NCBI GenBank assembly: GCA_035546035.1
Contig: DASZXC010000008.1
Coordinates: forward strand, 316,265 to 380,264
Length of the DNA stretch: 64,000 bases
From: Minisyncoccota bacterium
Lineage (GTDB): Bacteria > Patescibacteriota > Minisyncoccia > Phycocordibacterales > UBA6065
Reading direction: 5' to 3'
In this document: positions 54,059-64,000 of the stretch, piece by piece
How the letters are laid out: the number at the start of each line of letters is the position of its first letter
Position numbering within the stretch: position 1 is the stretch's first letter
Program-made: the position numbers and the translations under genes
Notes under the pieces: generated by a model
Database searches by the model: none
What the model saw: the letters and a program-made list of their open reading frames with translations, nothing else
What the model was told of the DNA's origin: nothing

Positions 54059-57000
54059 ATGATCAAAAGGGAACAGAAGTATTTCGGGCGCTTCAAGGAA
54101 GCCCTCGCCGAGATCCCGAATCTCGTCGAAGCGCAGACCGAATCGTTCAAATGGCTCGTGGAGAAAGGCCTCGCGGACCTCTTCCAGGAGTTCTCTCCTA
54201 TAAAGGACTACTCGGACAAGAAGTTCGAGCTCTCGTTCACGGGCTTCGAGCTCGCCGAGCCTAAATACGACGAGCACTACGCGAAAGACAACAAGCTCTC
54301 GTACGAAGCGCCTCTCAAAGTCCGCATCAAGCTCAAGAACAAGATGTTCAATTCGGAGAAGGAGCAGGAGATATTCCTCGCGGACTTCCCGTTGATGACG
54401 AATCACGGAACGTTCATCATAAACGGCATCGAGCGCGTCATCGTGCCCCAGCTCGCTCGTTCGTTCGGAGTTTTCTTCACCTCTGACGAGGTGAAGGGCA
54501 AGACCGTCTTCGGCGCCAAGGTCATCCCCGCCCGCGGCGTATGGCTCGAGATCGAGACCGACAACGACGGCACCATCTATGCCCGCATCGACCGCAAGCG
54601 AAAGTTCATGGTCACGGCTCTCCTCCGCGTCCTCGGCGCCGATACCGACGAAAAGATCCTCTCGTTCTTCAAGGGCGACGAGACCGCAGCCAAGGTCATG
54701 GCGGCATCTCTCGCGAAAGACACGGCAAAGACCGTCTCTGACGCATATATAGAGATCCACAAGCGACTCCGCGACGGCGACCTTGCTACCGCGGACAATG
54801 CAAAGGAATTCATTTCGAGCCTCTTCCACAAGGACCGCTACGATCTCTCGAACGTAGGCCGTTTCCGCTTCAACAAGCGCTTCGGCAAGCCTATGGACGA
54901 TAAGACGCTCGAGAAGAAGACCATCGATGCCTCCGACCTTGCTACCATCATCGGCAATATAATCCACCTCAACAACAAGCTCGACGCTGTCGAAGACGAT
55001 ATCGACCACCTCGGCTCGCGCCGCGTGCGATATGTCGGCGAATTGATGCAGCAGAAGCTCCGCGTCGGCCTCTCGCAGATGAAGAGGAACATCCAGGACA
55101 GGATGTCCACTATCGAGCCTGATACGACCCAGCCTCTGACGTTCGTATCGCCTCGACCCCTCCAGGCCCGACTCAAGGAGTTCTTCACCACGAACCAACT
55201 CTCGCAGTTCATGCAGCAGGAGAACATCCTCACCGAGCTCGAACACCTCCGCACGCTCTCGGCCCTTGGCCCGGGCGGCCTTACCCGCGAGCGCGCAGGC
55301 TTCGAAGTCCGCGACGTGCACCCGTCGCACTACGGCCGACTCTGCCCGATCCACACCCCTGAAGGCCCGAACATCGGCCTCATCCTCCGCCTCTCGACGT
55401 ATGCGCGCCTCAACGACTTCGGCATGATCGAAACGCCGTATGCCAAGGTCAAGAACGGCAAGGTCACCAAGGAGATCGTATACCTCAATGCACTCGAGGA
55501 AGAGTCGCACCGTATCGCTCATGCAGCGACGGCATACGACAAAGACGGCAAGATCACGGAGAATGCCGTCGAGATCCGACAGAACGGCTCGCCGTCGCTC
55601 GCGCATCCGAACGAAGTAGATTTCATCGACGTTTCGACGAACCAGGCGTTCTCGATCGCGACGAACATGATCCCGTTCCTCAACCACGACGACGCGAACC
55701 GAGCGCTCATGGGTTCGAACATGCAGAAGCAGGCGACCCCGTGCATCATCCCCGAAGCTCCGCTCGTCGCTACCGGCATCGAGGCTAAGGCTGCTGAGTA
55801 CACCGGCCGCATCGTCCTCGCCCCTGAAGACGGCGCTATCTCGGCTGTAGACGCGACGAGCATCACGTTCAAGAACGCCAAGGGCAAGGAGACGACCTAC
55901 AAGCTTGTATCGTTCGAGCGAACGAACGGCTTCACCTCGTACCACCAGCGCCCCGTCGTTAACCTCAATGAGAAGGTCAAGAAGGGTCAAGTCCTCGCAG
56001 ACGCGTCGTCGTCTGACGGCGGTCAGATCGCCCTCGGCCAGAACATGCTCGTAGCGTTCATGTCATGGTCCGGCGCGAACTACGAAGACGCCATCATCAT
56101 CTCGGAACGCGTCGTCAAGAACAGCAAATTCACCTCTATCCATATCGAGGAATTCGTCGTGAACGTCCGCGACACCAAGCTCGGCCCCGAAGTCACGACC
56201 CACGACATACCGAATGTCGGCGAAGGCAAGCTCCGCAACCTCGACGAAGACGGCATCATCCGCATCGGCGCAGAAGTGCGATCAGGCGATATCCTCGTCG
56301 GCAAGATCACACCGAAGGGCGAGACCCAGCTCACCCCTGAAGAGCGCCTCCTCCGATCGATCTTCGGCGAGAAGGCGCGTGACGTTAAGGACACGTCCAA
56401 GCGCATGGAAGGCGGCAAGCGCGGTCGCGTCATTTCAGTCAAAGTCTTCTCTCGCGAGAAGGGCGACAAGCTCGAATCGGGCATCATCAAGCGCATCCAT
56501 GTCGAGGTTGCCCAGCTCCGAACGGTATCGGTAGGCGACAAGCTCGCAGGCCGTCATGGTAATAAAGGAGTCATCTCGCGCATCCTCCCTGAAGAGGATA
56601 TGCCATACATGGCAGACGGCACGCCTATAGACGTGATCCTCACCCCGCTCGGCGTTCCATCGCGTATGAACCTCGGCCAGATCCTCGAGCTCCATCTTGG
56701 CATGGCCGCTAACACCCTCAACTACCAGGCAGTCGTGCCTCCGTTCGCGGGCGCCACGTCCGACGAGATCAAGGCCGAGCTCAAGAAAGCGGGCCTCAAC
56801 GAGAACGGCAAGATGCCGCTCTTCGACGGACGCACCGGCGACAAGTTCCAGCAGGACATCTCGGTCGGCTACATGTACATCTTGAAGCTCCATCACATGG
56901 TGGAAGACAAGATCCACATGCGATCGATCGGTCCGTACTCGCTCATCACCCAGCAGCCGTTGGGCGGCAAGGCGCAGGGCGGCGGCCAGCGATTCGGCGA

Positions 57001-57241
57001 AATGGAAGTCTGGGCGCTCCTCGGTCACGGCGTCGCCCACACGCTCCGCGAGATCCTCACGGTCAAGTCGGACGACATCCAGGGACGCTCGGCGACGTTC
57101 GATTCGATCGTCAAGGGCGAAAAGCTCGCTCCTCCGAATATCCCGGCCTCGTTCCACGTACTTCTTAACAGCCTCCGCGGCCTTGCGTTGGACGTCGAGC
57201 TTCGCAAAGAAGGCAAAGACATTAAGAAGGGAAACAAGTAA
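54059..57241 (+). CDS. rpoB: DNA-directed RNA polymerase subunit beta (compact, 1060 aa)
   Basis: Conserved regions from ...FFTSDEVKGK... through the rifampicin cluster to the C-terminal ...GGQRFGEMEVWAL... Confidence 0.95.
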   Translation: MIKREQKYFGRFKEALAEIPNLVEAQTESFKWLVEKGLADLFQEFSPIKDYSDKKFELSFTGFELAEPKYDEHYAKDNKLSYEAPLKVRIKLKNKMFNSEKEQEIFLADFPLMTNHGTFIINGIERVIVPQLARSFGVFFTSDEVKGKTVFGAKVIPARGVWLEIETDNDGTIYARIDRKRKFMVTALLRVLGADTDEKILSFFKGDETAAKVMAASLAKDTAKTVSDAYIEIHKRLRDGDLATADNAKEFISSLFHKDRYDLSNVGRFRFNKRFGKPMDDKTLEKKTIDASDLATIIGNIIHLNNKLDAVEDDIDHLGSRRVRYVGELMQQKLRVGLSQMKRNIQDRMSTIEPDTTQPLTFVSPRPLQARLKEFFTTNQLSQFMQQENILTELEHLRTLSALGPGGLTRERAGFEVRDVHPSHYGRLCPIHTPEGPNIGLILRLSTYARLNDFGMIETPYAKVKNGKVTKEIVYLNALEEESHRIAHAATAYDKDGKITENAVEIRQNGSPSLAHPNEVDFIDVSTNQAFSIATNMIPFLNHDDANRALMGSNMQKQATPCIIPEAPLVATGIEAKAAEYTGRIVLAPEDGAISAVDATSITFKNAKGKETTYKLVSFERTNGFTSYHQRPVVNLNEKVKKGQVLADASSSDGGQIALGQNMLVAFMSWSGANYEDAIIISERVVKNSKFTSIHIEEFVVNVRDTKLGPEVTTHDIPNVGEGKLRNLDEDGIIRIGAEVRSGDILVGKITPKGETQLTPEERLLRSIFGEKARDVKDTSKRMEGGKRGRVISVKVFSREKGDKLESGIIKRIHVEVAQLRTVSVGDKLAGRHGNKGVISRILPEEDMPYMADGTPIDVILTPLGVPSRMNLGQILELHLGMAANTLNYQAVVPPFAGATSDEIKAELKKAGLNENGKMPLFDGRTGDKFQQDISVGYMYILKLHHMVEDKIHMRSIGPYSLITQQPLGGKAQGGGQRFGEMEVWALLGHGVAHTLREILTVKSDDIQGRSATFDSIVKGEKLAPPNIPASFHVLLNSLRGLALDVELRKEGKDIKKGNK

Positions 57242-57275
57242 TTGCCAATAATCTTCTTAACTTAAAAAAACTACT

Positions 57276-60200
57276 ATGGCATATACACCAAAATCTAAGG
57301 CGCAGGAGTTCACGGACTTCGACACGGTCGCCCTCCGCTTGGCATCGCCTGACAGGATCAGGGAATGGTCGTTCGGCGAGGTCACCAAGCCTGAAACGAT
57401 CAACTACCGAACCCAGCGCTCCGAGAAGAACGGCCTCTTCGACGAGAAGATCTTCGGTCCGGACAAGGACTTCGAATGCTACTGCGGAAAATACCGCGGC
57501 ATCCGATACAAGGGCATCGTCTGCGAGAAGTGCGGCGTCGAGATAACCCGCTCCATCGTCCGGCGCGAGCGCATGGGCCACATCGAGCTCGCTACGCCGG
57601 TATCCCACATCTGGTTCCTCCGCTCGATGCCGTCGCGCCTCGGCCTCATCCTCGGCATGACGACCGCTGACCTCGAAAAGGTCATCTATTTCGCCGGCTA
57701 CATCGTCACCAAGGTGCACGAAGATGCTCGTGCGACCATCATGAAGGACTTGGAATCGGAATATAAGTCCAAGGTCAAGACCGTCCAGGACGAGAAGACC
57801 CGCGAGGCTCTCAAGTCCATGTACTCGGGCGCAAAGAAGGAGATCGACGCTATCTCTGAAGGCGCCGTCCTCGACGAAGTCGAATACGGCAAGTTCTCGA
57901 TGAAATACTCGACGCTCTTCGAAGCAGGCATCGGCGCAGAGGCTATGTTCGACATCTGCAAGAACATCGACCTCAAGAAGCTCGAAGCCAAGCTCGTCGT
58001 CGACCTCGAGAAGGCTAACAGCCTCGAGAAAGACAAGATGAACCGACGCCTCTCGGTCGTCCGCGCGATGATCAAGTCGCAGATCCGACCAGAATGGATG
58101 TTCCTTTCCCGTATCCCGGTTATCCCTCCGGCGCTCCGACCGATGGTTCCGCTCGATGGCGGACGCTATGCGACGTCTGACGTCAACGACCTCTATCGCC
58201 GCGTCATCAACCGAAACAACCGCTTGATGAAGCTCAAGGAGATCAACGCGCCTGATGTCATCCTTCGAAACGAGAAGCGCATCCTCCAGGAAGCCGTAGA
58301 CGCTCTCATCGACAATTCGATTCGCCACGGCAATTCGACGACTGCTGCAGGCTCGCTCGCGTCGAAGCGCGCCCTCAAGTCGCTCGCCGACAACCTTAAG
58401 GGCAAGAGGGGCCTCCTCCGTGGAAATCTTCTTGGTAAACGAGTGGACTATTCAGGCCGCTCGGTTATCGTCGTCGGTCCGGAGCTCGCTCTCGACCAGT
58501 GCGGACTTCCAAAGCACATGGCTCTCGAGCTCTTCAAGCCGTTCGTCATCAACCAGCTCCTTGCCCGCGAGCTCGCGTATAACATCCGCGGCGCGTCGAG
58601 GCTCATCGAAGACGGCATCCCTGAAGTCTGGGCGATCCTCGAAGAGGTCATCGACGGCAAATACGTGCTCTTGAACCGCGCGCCTACGCTCCATCGCCTC
58701 GGTATCCAGGCATTCAGGCCTATCCTCATCGAAGGCAACGCTATCCAGGTGCACCCGCTCGTATGTTCGGCATTCAACGCGGACTTCGACGGCGACCAGA
58801 TGGCAGTCCACGTCCCGCTCTCTCCTGAAGCGCAGAAGGAAGCGAAGGAGATCATGGCTTCGGACAAGAACATCCTCAAGCCAGGCTCCGGCGACCCGAC
58901 GGTCACCAACAAGATGCTCGACATCAATCTCGGCGTCTACTGGATCACCAAGCTCATCAAGGGCGACGCGGGCGAAGGCAAGATATTCGAATCCCCTGAA
59001 GCCGCAGTCCTCGCCCCTGATTTCGGTGTCCTCTCGCTCCGCGCGGCTGTAAAGGTGCTTGCTCCTGAAACGGCCAAATACGCCGAATTCAAGGGCGGCA
59101 TATTCGAGACGACCGTCGGCAGGATCCTCTTCAACCAGGTCCTCCCTGACGATTATCCGTTCATCAACAAGGAAGTAGATCGCAAGAGCATGCAGGGAAT
59201 CGCAGACGACCTTCTCGTCCGTTACGGCGTCTCTCAGGTTCCAACCTTCCTCGACAGGATCAAGAAATTCGGCTTCAAATACACGACCTATTCGGGCGTT
59301 ACCTGGGCTATCGACGACGTCAAGACGCCGGAAGGCAAGGCCGACGTCATCTCGAAGGCCAAGAAGGAGTCCGATACCGTCAACGACCAGTTCAACGAAG
59401 GCCTCCTCGCGGAAGACGAGCGCATCCGAAAGAATATCGAGATCTGGCACAAGGCCAAGAACGACATCGAGAAGCTCGTTCCGGGCGCTCTCGGTCCGAA
59501 CGATCCCGTCACCGATATGGTAAAGTCCGGCGCCCGAGGTTCGTGGGGCAACATCACCCAAATGGTGGGCATGAAGGGCCTCATCACCAACACTGCCGGC
59601 GAGACAATCGAGTTTCCCATCATATCGGGCATGAAGGACGGCCTCACCCCGATCGAGTACTTCATCACCACCCACGGCGCGCGAAAGGGCCTCACCGACA
59701 CGGCTCTCAACACCGCTCGCGCAGGCTACCTTACCCGCCGCCTCTTCGACGTGGCGCAGGACGTCATGGTCACCGAAGACGACTGCGGCACCAAGGACTC
59801 GATCATCATCAGGAAGGAAAGCGCTTCGGGCATCGAAGTATCGATCGCCAAGAACATCCGCGGCCGCGTATTGGCAGACGACGTCAAAGGTACGGACGGC
59901 AAGGCTATGTTCAAGAAGGGCCATCTCCTCACCAAGCAGGAAGCAGCCGCTATCGAGAACGCAGGCGTCACCGAAGTCCGTGTCAGGTCGCCTCTCGCAT
60001 GTAAGACTCTTCACGGCGTATGTAAGGCATGCTACGGCATGGACCTCGGCAAGAACCACCTCATAGACATCGGCGAGGCAGTAGGCACCGTCGCTGCGCA
60101 AGCTATCGGCGAGCCGGGTACCCAGCTCACGATGCGCACCTTCCACGCAGGCGGTACGGCATCGGTCGGCGGCGACATCACCGCAGGTCTCCCTCGCGTC

Positions 60201-60956
60201 GAAGAAGTCTTCGAAAAGCGACGCCCAAAGAACCCTGCGGTCATCGCATCGGTTTCGGGCACGGTCTCGTCGGTCAAGGATATGGGCAAGGAGAAGGTCA
60301 TCGCCGTCATTCCCGACCTCGAAGACAAGGGCAAGACCAAGAAGGGCGCCGCGGAAGTCGAGTATACGTTCAGCTCGCGTCGCATGGCCCTCGTTAAAAT
60401 AGGCGACAAGGTCGCCAAGGGCCAGTTCCTCACCGACGGCTCAGCTGATATAGACGAGGTATTCGAGCTTGCGGGCAAGGAGCGCGCGATGGATTATATC
60501 ATCCGCGAGATCGGCAAGATCTACGAGCTCCAGGGCGAAACGGTGTCGCGAAAGCACATCGAGATCATCGTGAAGCAGATGTTCTCCCGCCGACGCGTCA
60601 CGGATGCGGGCGACACCAAGTTCTCGATCGACGACGTCGTGGACGTATACGACCTCAACGTCGAGAACGACAGGATCAAGGAAGCGGGCAAGTCGTCGGC
60701 AGTGGGCGAGAACGTGGTAATGGGCATCACGGAAGTGTCGCTCTCGCGCCAGTCGTTCCTCTCGGCCGCATCGTTCCAGCACACGACCAGGATCTTCATC
60801 TCGGCTGCTATCCGCGGCACGGAAGACAAGCTCCAGGGCCTCAAGGAAAACGTCATCATCGGCCGCCTCATACCGGCAGGTACCGGCTATGCAGGCTCGC
60901 CGAAGAAGGAGATAGTAGATTCTGTCACTCCGAAGGATTCGGTAGTCTTGGAATAA
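57276..60956 (+). CDS. rpoC: DNA-directed RNA polymerase subunit beta'
   Basis: Zn finger CYCGKYRGIRYKGIVCEKCG, the NADFDGD catalytic motif, and the bridge and trigger-loop regions. Confidence 0.95.
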   Translation: MAYTPKSKAQEFTDFDTVALRLASPDRIREWSFGEVTKPETINYRTQRSEKNGLFDEKIFGPDKDFECYCGKYRGIRYKGIVCEKCGVEITRSIVRRERMGHIELATPVSHIWFLRSMPSRLGLILGMTTADLEKVIYFAGYIVTKVHEDARATIMKDLESEYKSKVKTVQDEKTREALKSMYSGAKKEIDAISEGAVLDEVEYGKFSMKYSTLFEAGIGAEAMFDICKNIDLKKLEAKLVVDLEKANSLEKDKMNRRLSVVRAMIKSQIRPEWMFLSRIPVIPPALRPMVPLDGGRYATSDVNDLYRRVINRNNRLMKLKEINAPDVILRNEKRILQEAVDALIDNSIRHGNSTTAAGSLASKRALKSLADNLKGKRGLLRGNLLGKRVDYSGRSVIVVGPELALDQCGLPKHMALELFKPFVINQLLARELAYNIRGASRLIEDGIPEVWAILEEVIDGKYVLLNRAPTLHRLGIQAFRPILIEGNAIQVHPLVCSAFNADFDGDQMAVHVPLSPEAQKEAKEIMASDKNILKPGSGDPTVTNKMLDINLGVYWITKLIKGDAGEGKIFESPEAAVLAPDFGVLSLRAAVKVLAPETAKYAEFKGGIFETTVGRILFNQVLPDDYPFINKEVDRKSMQGIADDLLVRYGVSQVPTFLDRIKKFGFKYTTYSGVTWAIDDVKTPEGKADVISKAKKESDTVNDQFNEGLLAEDERIRKNIEIWHKAKNDIEKLVPGALGPNDPVTDMVKSGARGSWGNITQMVGMKGLITNTAGETIEFPIISGMKDGLTPIEYFITTHGARKGLTDTALNTARAGYLTRRLFDVAQDVMVTEDDCGTKDSIIIRKESASGIEVSIAKNIRGRVLADDVKGTDGKAMFKKGHLLTKQEAAAIENAGVTEVRVRSPLACKTLHGVCKACYGMDLGKNHLIDIGEAVGTVAAQAIGEPGTQLTMRTFHAGGTASVGGDITAGLPRVEEVFEKRRPKNPAVIASVSGTVSSVKDMGKEKVIAVIPDLEDKGKTKKGAAEVEYTFSSRRMALVKIGDKVAKGQFLTDGSADIDEVFELAGKERAMDYIIREIGKIYELQGETVSRKHIEIIVKQMFSRRRVTDAGDTKFSIDDVVDVYDLNVENDRIKEAGKSSAVGENVVMGITEVSLSRQSFLSAASFQHTTRIFISAAIRGTEDKLQGLKENVIIGRLIPAGTGYAGSPKKEIVDSVTPKDSVVLE

Positions 60957-60983
60957 TCAAAAGCCCTCGCAAAGAGGCTTATA

Positions 60984-62723
60984 ATGATTCGAATGAGCAC
61001 TCATGTTCAGGAGATCAAAGACAAGCTCGATATAGCTGCGGTCGTCGGCTCGTATATCAAGCTCGACAAAGTGGGCGCCAATTTCAAGGCGAGGTGTCCT
61101 TTTCACAATGAAAAGACGCCGTCGTTCTTCGTATCGCCGGAGCGCGGCTCATTCTACTGCTTCGGCTGTCAGGCGAAGGGCGACATATTCACGTTCGTCG
61201 AAAAATTCGAGGGCTTGGACTTTATGGGCTCTCTCAAGGTGCTCGCCGAGCGTGCAGGCGTGAGGCTCGACCGCGACGCGGCGCCGAAGGACAACAGGAA
61301 AGAGATCCTCTATGACATCCTTGAAAAAGCGGCGGCATGGTTCGAGGAAAGGCTTGTTGCCGAGCCTCATGCAAAGGAATATGCGTTGGGCAGGGGACTG
61401 ACGCAAAAGACGATCGATTCATTCCGCATCGGCTATGCCCCGAACGACTGGCGCCAGCTCCGATCGTATTTGAAAGGCAAGGGATACAAGGACGAAGACG
61501 TCGCGGCTGTCGGCCTCATCAAAAAGACCGACAAACCGGGCGGCGACCCGTTCTACGACGTATTCCGAGGCAGGATCATGTTTCCGATCGCCGATTCCTC
61601 GGGCCGCGCCGTGGCATTCTCCGGCCGCATCGTCGTGGACGACGGAAAGTCTCCGAAATACCTCAACAGCCCCGAGACCGCGCTCTATAGCAAATCCAAA
61701 ACCCTATACGGCTTGGACAAAGCAAAGACCGCTATCCGCGAGCGCGGTTATTCCATCGTCGTCGAAGGCCAGATGGACCTCGTCATGTCGCACCAGGGCG
61801 GATTCGCCAATACGGTCGCATCGTCAGGCACGGCGTTCACGGACGATGACGGCGCCGATTCGGCATTCGGGCTCCTCACGAGGCTTTCCGACAATATCGT
61901 CCTCGCATTCGATTCCGATTCGGCAGGGCAAAAGGCCGTAAAGCGTATCGTCCCAGCGATATCGCTCGGCATGAACGTGAAGATCGTCGACATCAAAGGC
62001 GGTAAAGACCCGGCCGACATCATCAAGGCCAATCCGAAAGACTGGACGACCATGCTCGGCTCCAAAAAGGACTTCATAGACTACCTCACCGACATAATCA
62101 TCGATTCGAAAGCCAATGCCGCATCGGTCGCGAAGCAGGTCAAAACCGACATATTCCCGTATATCGCGGCGATTCCCGACGATACGCCGCGATTCCAAGC
62201 CGTCAAGAAAGTCGCCGACAGGCTTTCGATCAGTGAAGACGCGCTTTGGAAGGACCTCCAGAACTATGTGAAAGCGAATCGCTCGGCGCGAGCGTCTCCA
62301 GGCCAAAGCGCAAGTGGCCAGAGTCCCGGCAGGCGCCTTGAACGCCTCGAATCCATCGAACGCAAGCTCCTCGGCCTCCTTCATTCGAAAAAATACTGGA
62401 ACGGAGACGAAGTTAGAAGGAGAGAGCTCGAAAGCGCGGCGGGAGACGAGAAAGCGAGGGCTTTCGCGAGTCTCTCTCCGGACGATATGGCCGAACTGAC
62501 GCTCGAAGCCGAGGTCACGTACGGAGACGGAGATACGGCGAGGGAATGGAAGGTACTGATGCTCAATTTTGAAGAAGAGGCGACCAAGAAGAAGCTCGAA
62601 GCGGCGATGGCGGAGCTCCACCGAAAGGAAAAAGAGAAGGGAGACGCGTCGGAACTTATCAAAAATATCCACGTACTATCGAAGAGGATACAGGAGGTGA
62701 AGGGTCAGGCGGAAAAGATGTAG
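60984..62723 (+). CDS. dnaG: DNA primase
   Basis: Zn-binding CPFHNEKTPSF...CFGC, TOPRIM (...EGQMDL...), and a C-terminal helicase-interaction region. Confidence 0.9.
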   Translation: MIRMSTHVQEIKDKLDIAAVVGSYIKLDKVGANFKARCPFHNEKTPSFFVSPERGSFYCFGCQAKGDIFTFVEKFEGLDFMGSLKVLAERAGVRLDRDAAPKDNRKEILYDILEKAAAWFEERLVAEPHAKEYALGRGLTQKTIDSFRIGYAPNDWRQLRSYLKGKGYKDEDVAAVGLIKKTDKPGGDPFYDVFRGRIMFPIADSSGRAVAFSGRIVVDDGKSPKYLNSPETALYSKSKTLYGLDKAKTAIRERGYSIVVEGQMDLVMSHQGGFANTVASSGTAFTDDDGADSAFGLLTRLSDNIVLAFDSDSAGQKAVKRIVPAISLGMNVKIVDIKGGKDPADIIKANPKDWTTMLGSKKDFIDYLTDIIIDSKANAASVAKQVKTDIFPYIAAIPDDTPRFQAVKKVADRLSISEDALWKDLQNYVKANRSARASPGQSASGQSPGRRLERLESIERKLLGLLHSKKYWNGDEVRRRELESAAGDEKARAFASLSPDDMAELTLEAEVTYGDGDTAREWKVLMLNFEEEATKKKLEAAMAELHRKEKEKGDASELIKNIHVLSKRIQEVKGQAEKM

Positions 62724-62743
62724 GTTTGATATCATAGAAAAAC

Positions 62744-63949
62744 ATGGCGAAAAAGCAGCAAAAGAAAACCAGGGCCAAGGCGACGAAAAAGGCGGCCCAG
62801 AAGCCGTCAAAGAAAGTCGCCAAGGCAAAGCTCTCTCCGAAGGCCCTCAAAGCCAAGGAAAAGGCGAAAGACGCGGCCAAACGCGCCGACCGCCTTTTGA
62901 CCAAGGGCAAAGAGCGCGGCTTCGTGACGTACGACGAGATCCTCAAGGAATTCCCGACGATCGAAGACGATATCATGTTCCTCGACGAGCTTTACAACAA
63001 GCTCTCGACTGCGGGCGTGGACGTGCTCGAATCGGGTGGCATGCTCGACCTCGAGCCCCCTGCCGAGACGAAAGGCGGCAAGAAATACGGCTTCGGCCGC
63101 GCGTCGTCCGAATCCTCATACGACTCGATCCAGATGTACCTCAAGGAGATCGGCCAGTATCCTCTCGTTTCTGCGGCTATGGAAAAGGAGCTCGCTCGAC
63201 GCATCGAGAACGGCGACGACGAGGCTAAGGGCCTTCTCGCTAAAGCGAACCTCCGCCTCGTGGTCTCTATCGCCAAGAAATACGTAGGCCGCTCGGCTGA
63301 CCTGACTCTTTTGGACCTTATTCAGGAAGGAAACCTCGGCCTCTTCAAGGCTGTCGATAAATTCGACTGGACCAAGGGCTATAAGTTCTCGACCTATGCG
63401 ACGTGGTGGATCCGCCAGGCCATTACCCGCGCATTGGCTGACCAATCCCGAACCATCCGCGTTCCGGTGCACATGGTGGAGACCATCGCCAAATACAAGC
63501 AGGTCGTGCGCCGATTGTCGCAGGACCTCGGCCGCGACCCGTTGCCTGACGAGATCGCTACCGAAATGGGCCTCGAAGTAGAGAAGGTCTACCAGATCGA
63601 GAAGATCGACCAGGACACCGTATCGCTCGAATCGCCGGTGGGCGACGACGGCGACGACGGTAAATCGACCCTCGGAGACTTCCTTTCAGACGACAAGATA
63701 TTGTCGCCTGACCAGGAATCGTCGAGGCGCATCCTCGCCGATCAGGTCAGGGGGATTTTGAACGACCTCTCGCCGAAGGAGCGCAAGATTTTGGAGATGC
63801 GACACGGTCTGAACGACGGCATCACCCATACGCTCGAAGAGGTGGGCAAGGAATTCGGCGTCACCCGCGAGCGCATCCGTCAGATCGAAGCCAAGGCTCA
63901 TGAGAAGATCAGGCAGCATGAGCGCATCAAGCAACTGAAGAATTACTAA
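62744..63949 (+). CDS. rpoD: RNA polymerase primary sigma factor (sigma-70)
   Basis: Basic N-terminus; regions 1.2, 2 (...DLIQEGNLGLFKAVDKFD...YATWWIRQAI...), 3 and 4 (...TLEEVGKEFGVTRERIRQIE...). Confidence 0.95.
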   Translation: MAKKQQKKTRAKATKKAAQKPSKKVAKAKLSPKALKAKEKAKDAAKRADRLLTKGKERGFVTYDEILKEFPTIEDDIMFLDELYNKLSTAGVDVLESGGMLDLEPPAETKGGKKYGFGRASSESSYDSIQMYLKEIGQYPLVSAAMEKELARRIENGDDEAKGLLAKANLRLVVSIAKKYVGRSADLTLLDLIQEGNLGLFKAVDKFDWTKGYKFSTYATWWIRQAITRALADQSRTIRVPVHMVETIAKYKQVVRRLSQDLGRDPLPDEIATEMGLEVEKVYQIEKIDQDTVSLESPVGDDGDDGKSTLGDFLSDDKILSPDQESSRRILADQVRGILNDLSPKERKILEMRHGLNDGITHTLEEVGKEFGVTRERIRQIEAKAHEKIRQHERIKQLKNY

Positions 63950-63955
63950 TCCCCC

Positions 63956-64000
63956 CGCACACAAAAACCACTCCAGAGCCTGGAGTGGTTTTTGTGTGCG
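63956..64000. terminator. Perfect 20-bp-arm palindromic terminator after rpoD (runs to the window end)
   Basis: CGCACACAAAAACCACTCCA-gagcc-TGGAGTGGTTTTTGTGTGCG. Confidence 0.7.

Noticed and set aside
1-64000. CRISPR arrays, transposases or integrases, restriction-modification or other recognisable defence genes
   Set aside because: No direct-repeat arrays and no proteins with nuclease, methyltransferase, recombinase, Cas, Abi or TA-family signatures were seen. The palindromes found are single hairpins at gene ends, not spaced repeats.

Overview
This is a 64 kb, roughly 60% GC, very gene-dense chromosomal segment made almost entirely of housekeeping genes. It carries the rpoB-rpoC-dnaG-rpoD block, topA, the dnaE polymerase, a lone gyrB, and an SMC-like ATPase, plus parB, rarA, dprA, rnc, rnhB, RNase R, nusB, miaA, trmD and dus. 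Also present are serS, thrS, a mitochondrial-type single-chain PheRS, prfA, tsf, nine ribosomal protein genes (L33, L25, L31, S2, L32, S16, etc.) and three tRNAs (Trp-CCA, Leu-CAA, Thr-UGU). Short intergenic spacers, leaderless starts directly behind -10 boxes, truncated core proteins (rpoB 1060 aa, ThrRS without its N-terminal domains) and fused or minimal enzymes suggest a reduced-genome bacterium, possibly of the CPR/Patescibacteria type; this is inference. TGA is used as a stop codon. Non-core content is small: (i) a glycan locus at the 5' end (GtrA-like, GH8 endoglucanase, PMT-like GT-C, BcsA-like GT2) followed by two undecaprenyl-PP phosphatases and alr; (ii) an ~840-bp non-coding block between dnaE and thrS holding a T-box leader with a canonical UGGAACC antiterminator bulge and terminator, plus a further ~170-nt terminator-bounded unit and a ~300-nt structured stretch that I could not assign; (iii) a NusB-Nudix fusion; (iv) small terminator-delimited hypothetical genes at 34.5-35.2 kb and 46.5-47.8 kb; (v) a family of long perfect palindromic bidirectional terminators. 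No CRISPR array, mobile element or recognisable defence system was seen. The novel candidates are flagged below with the checks that would settle them.
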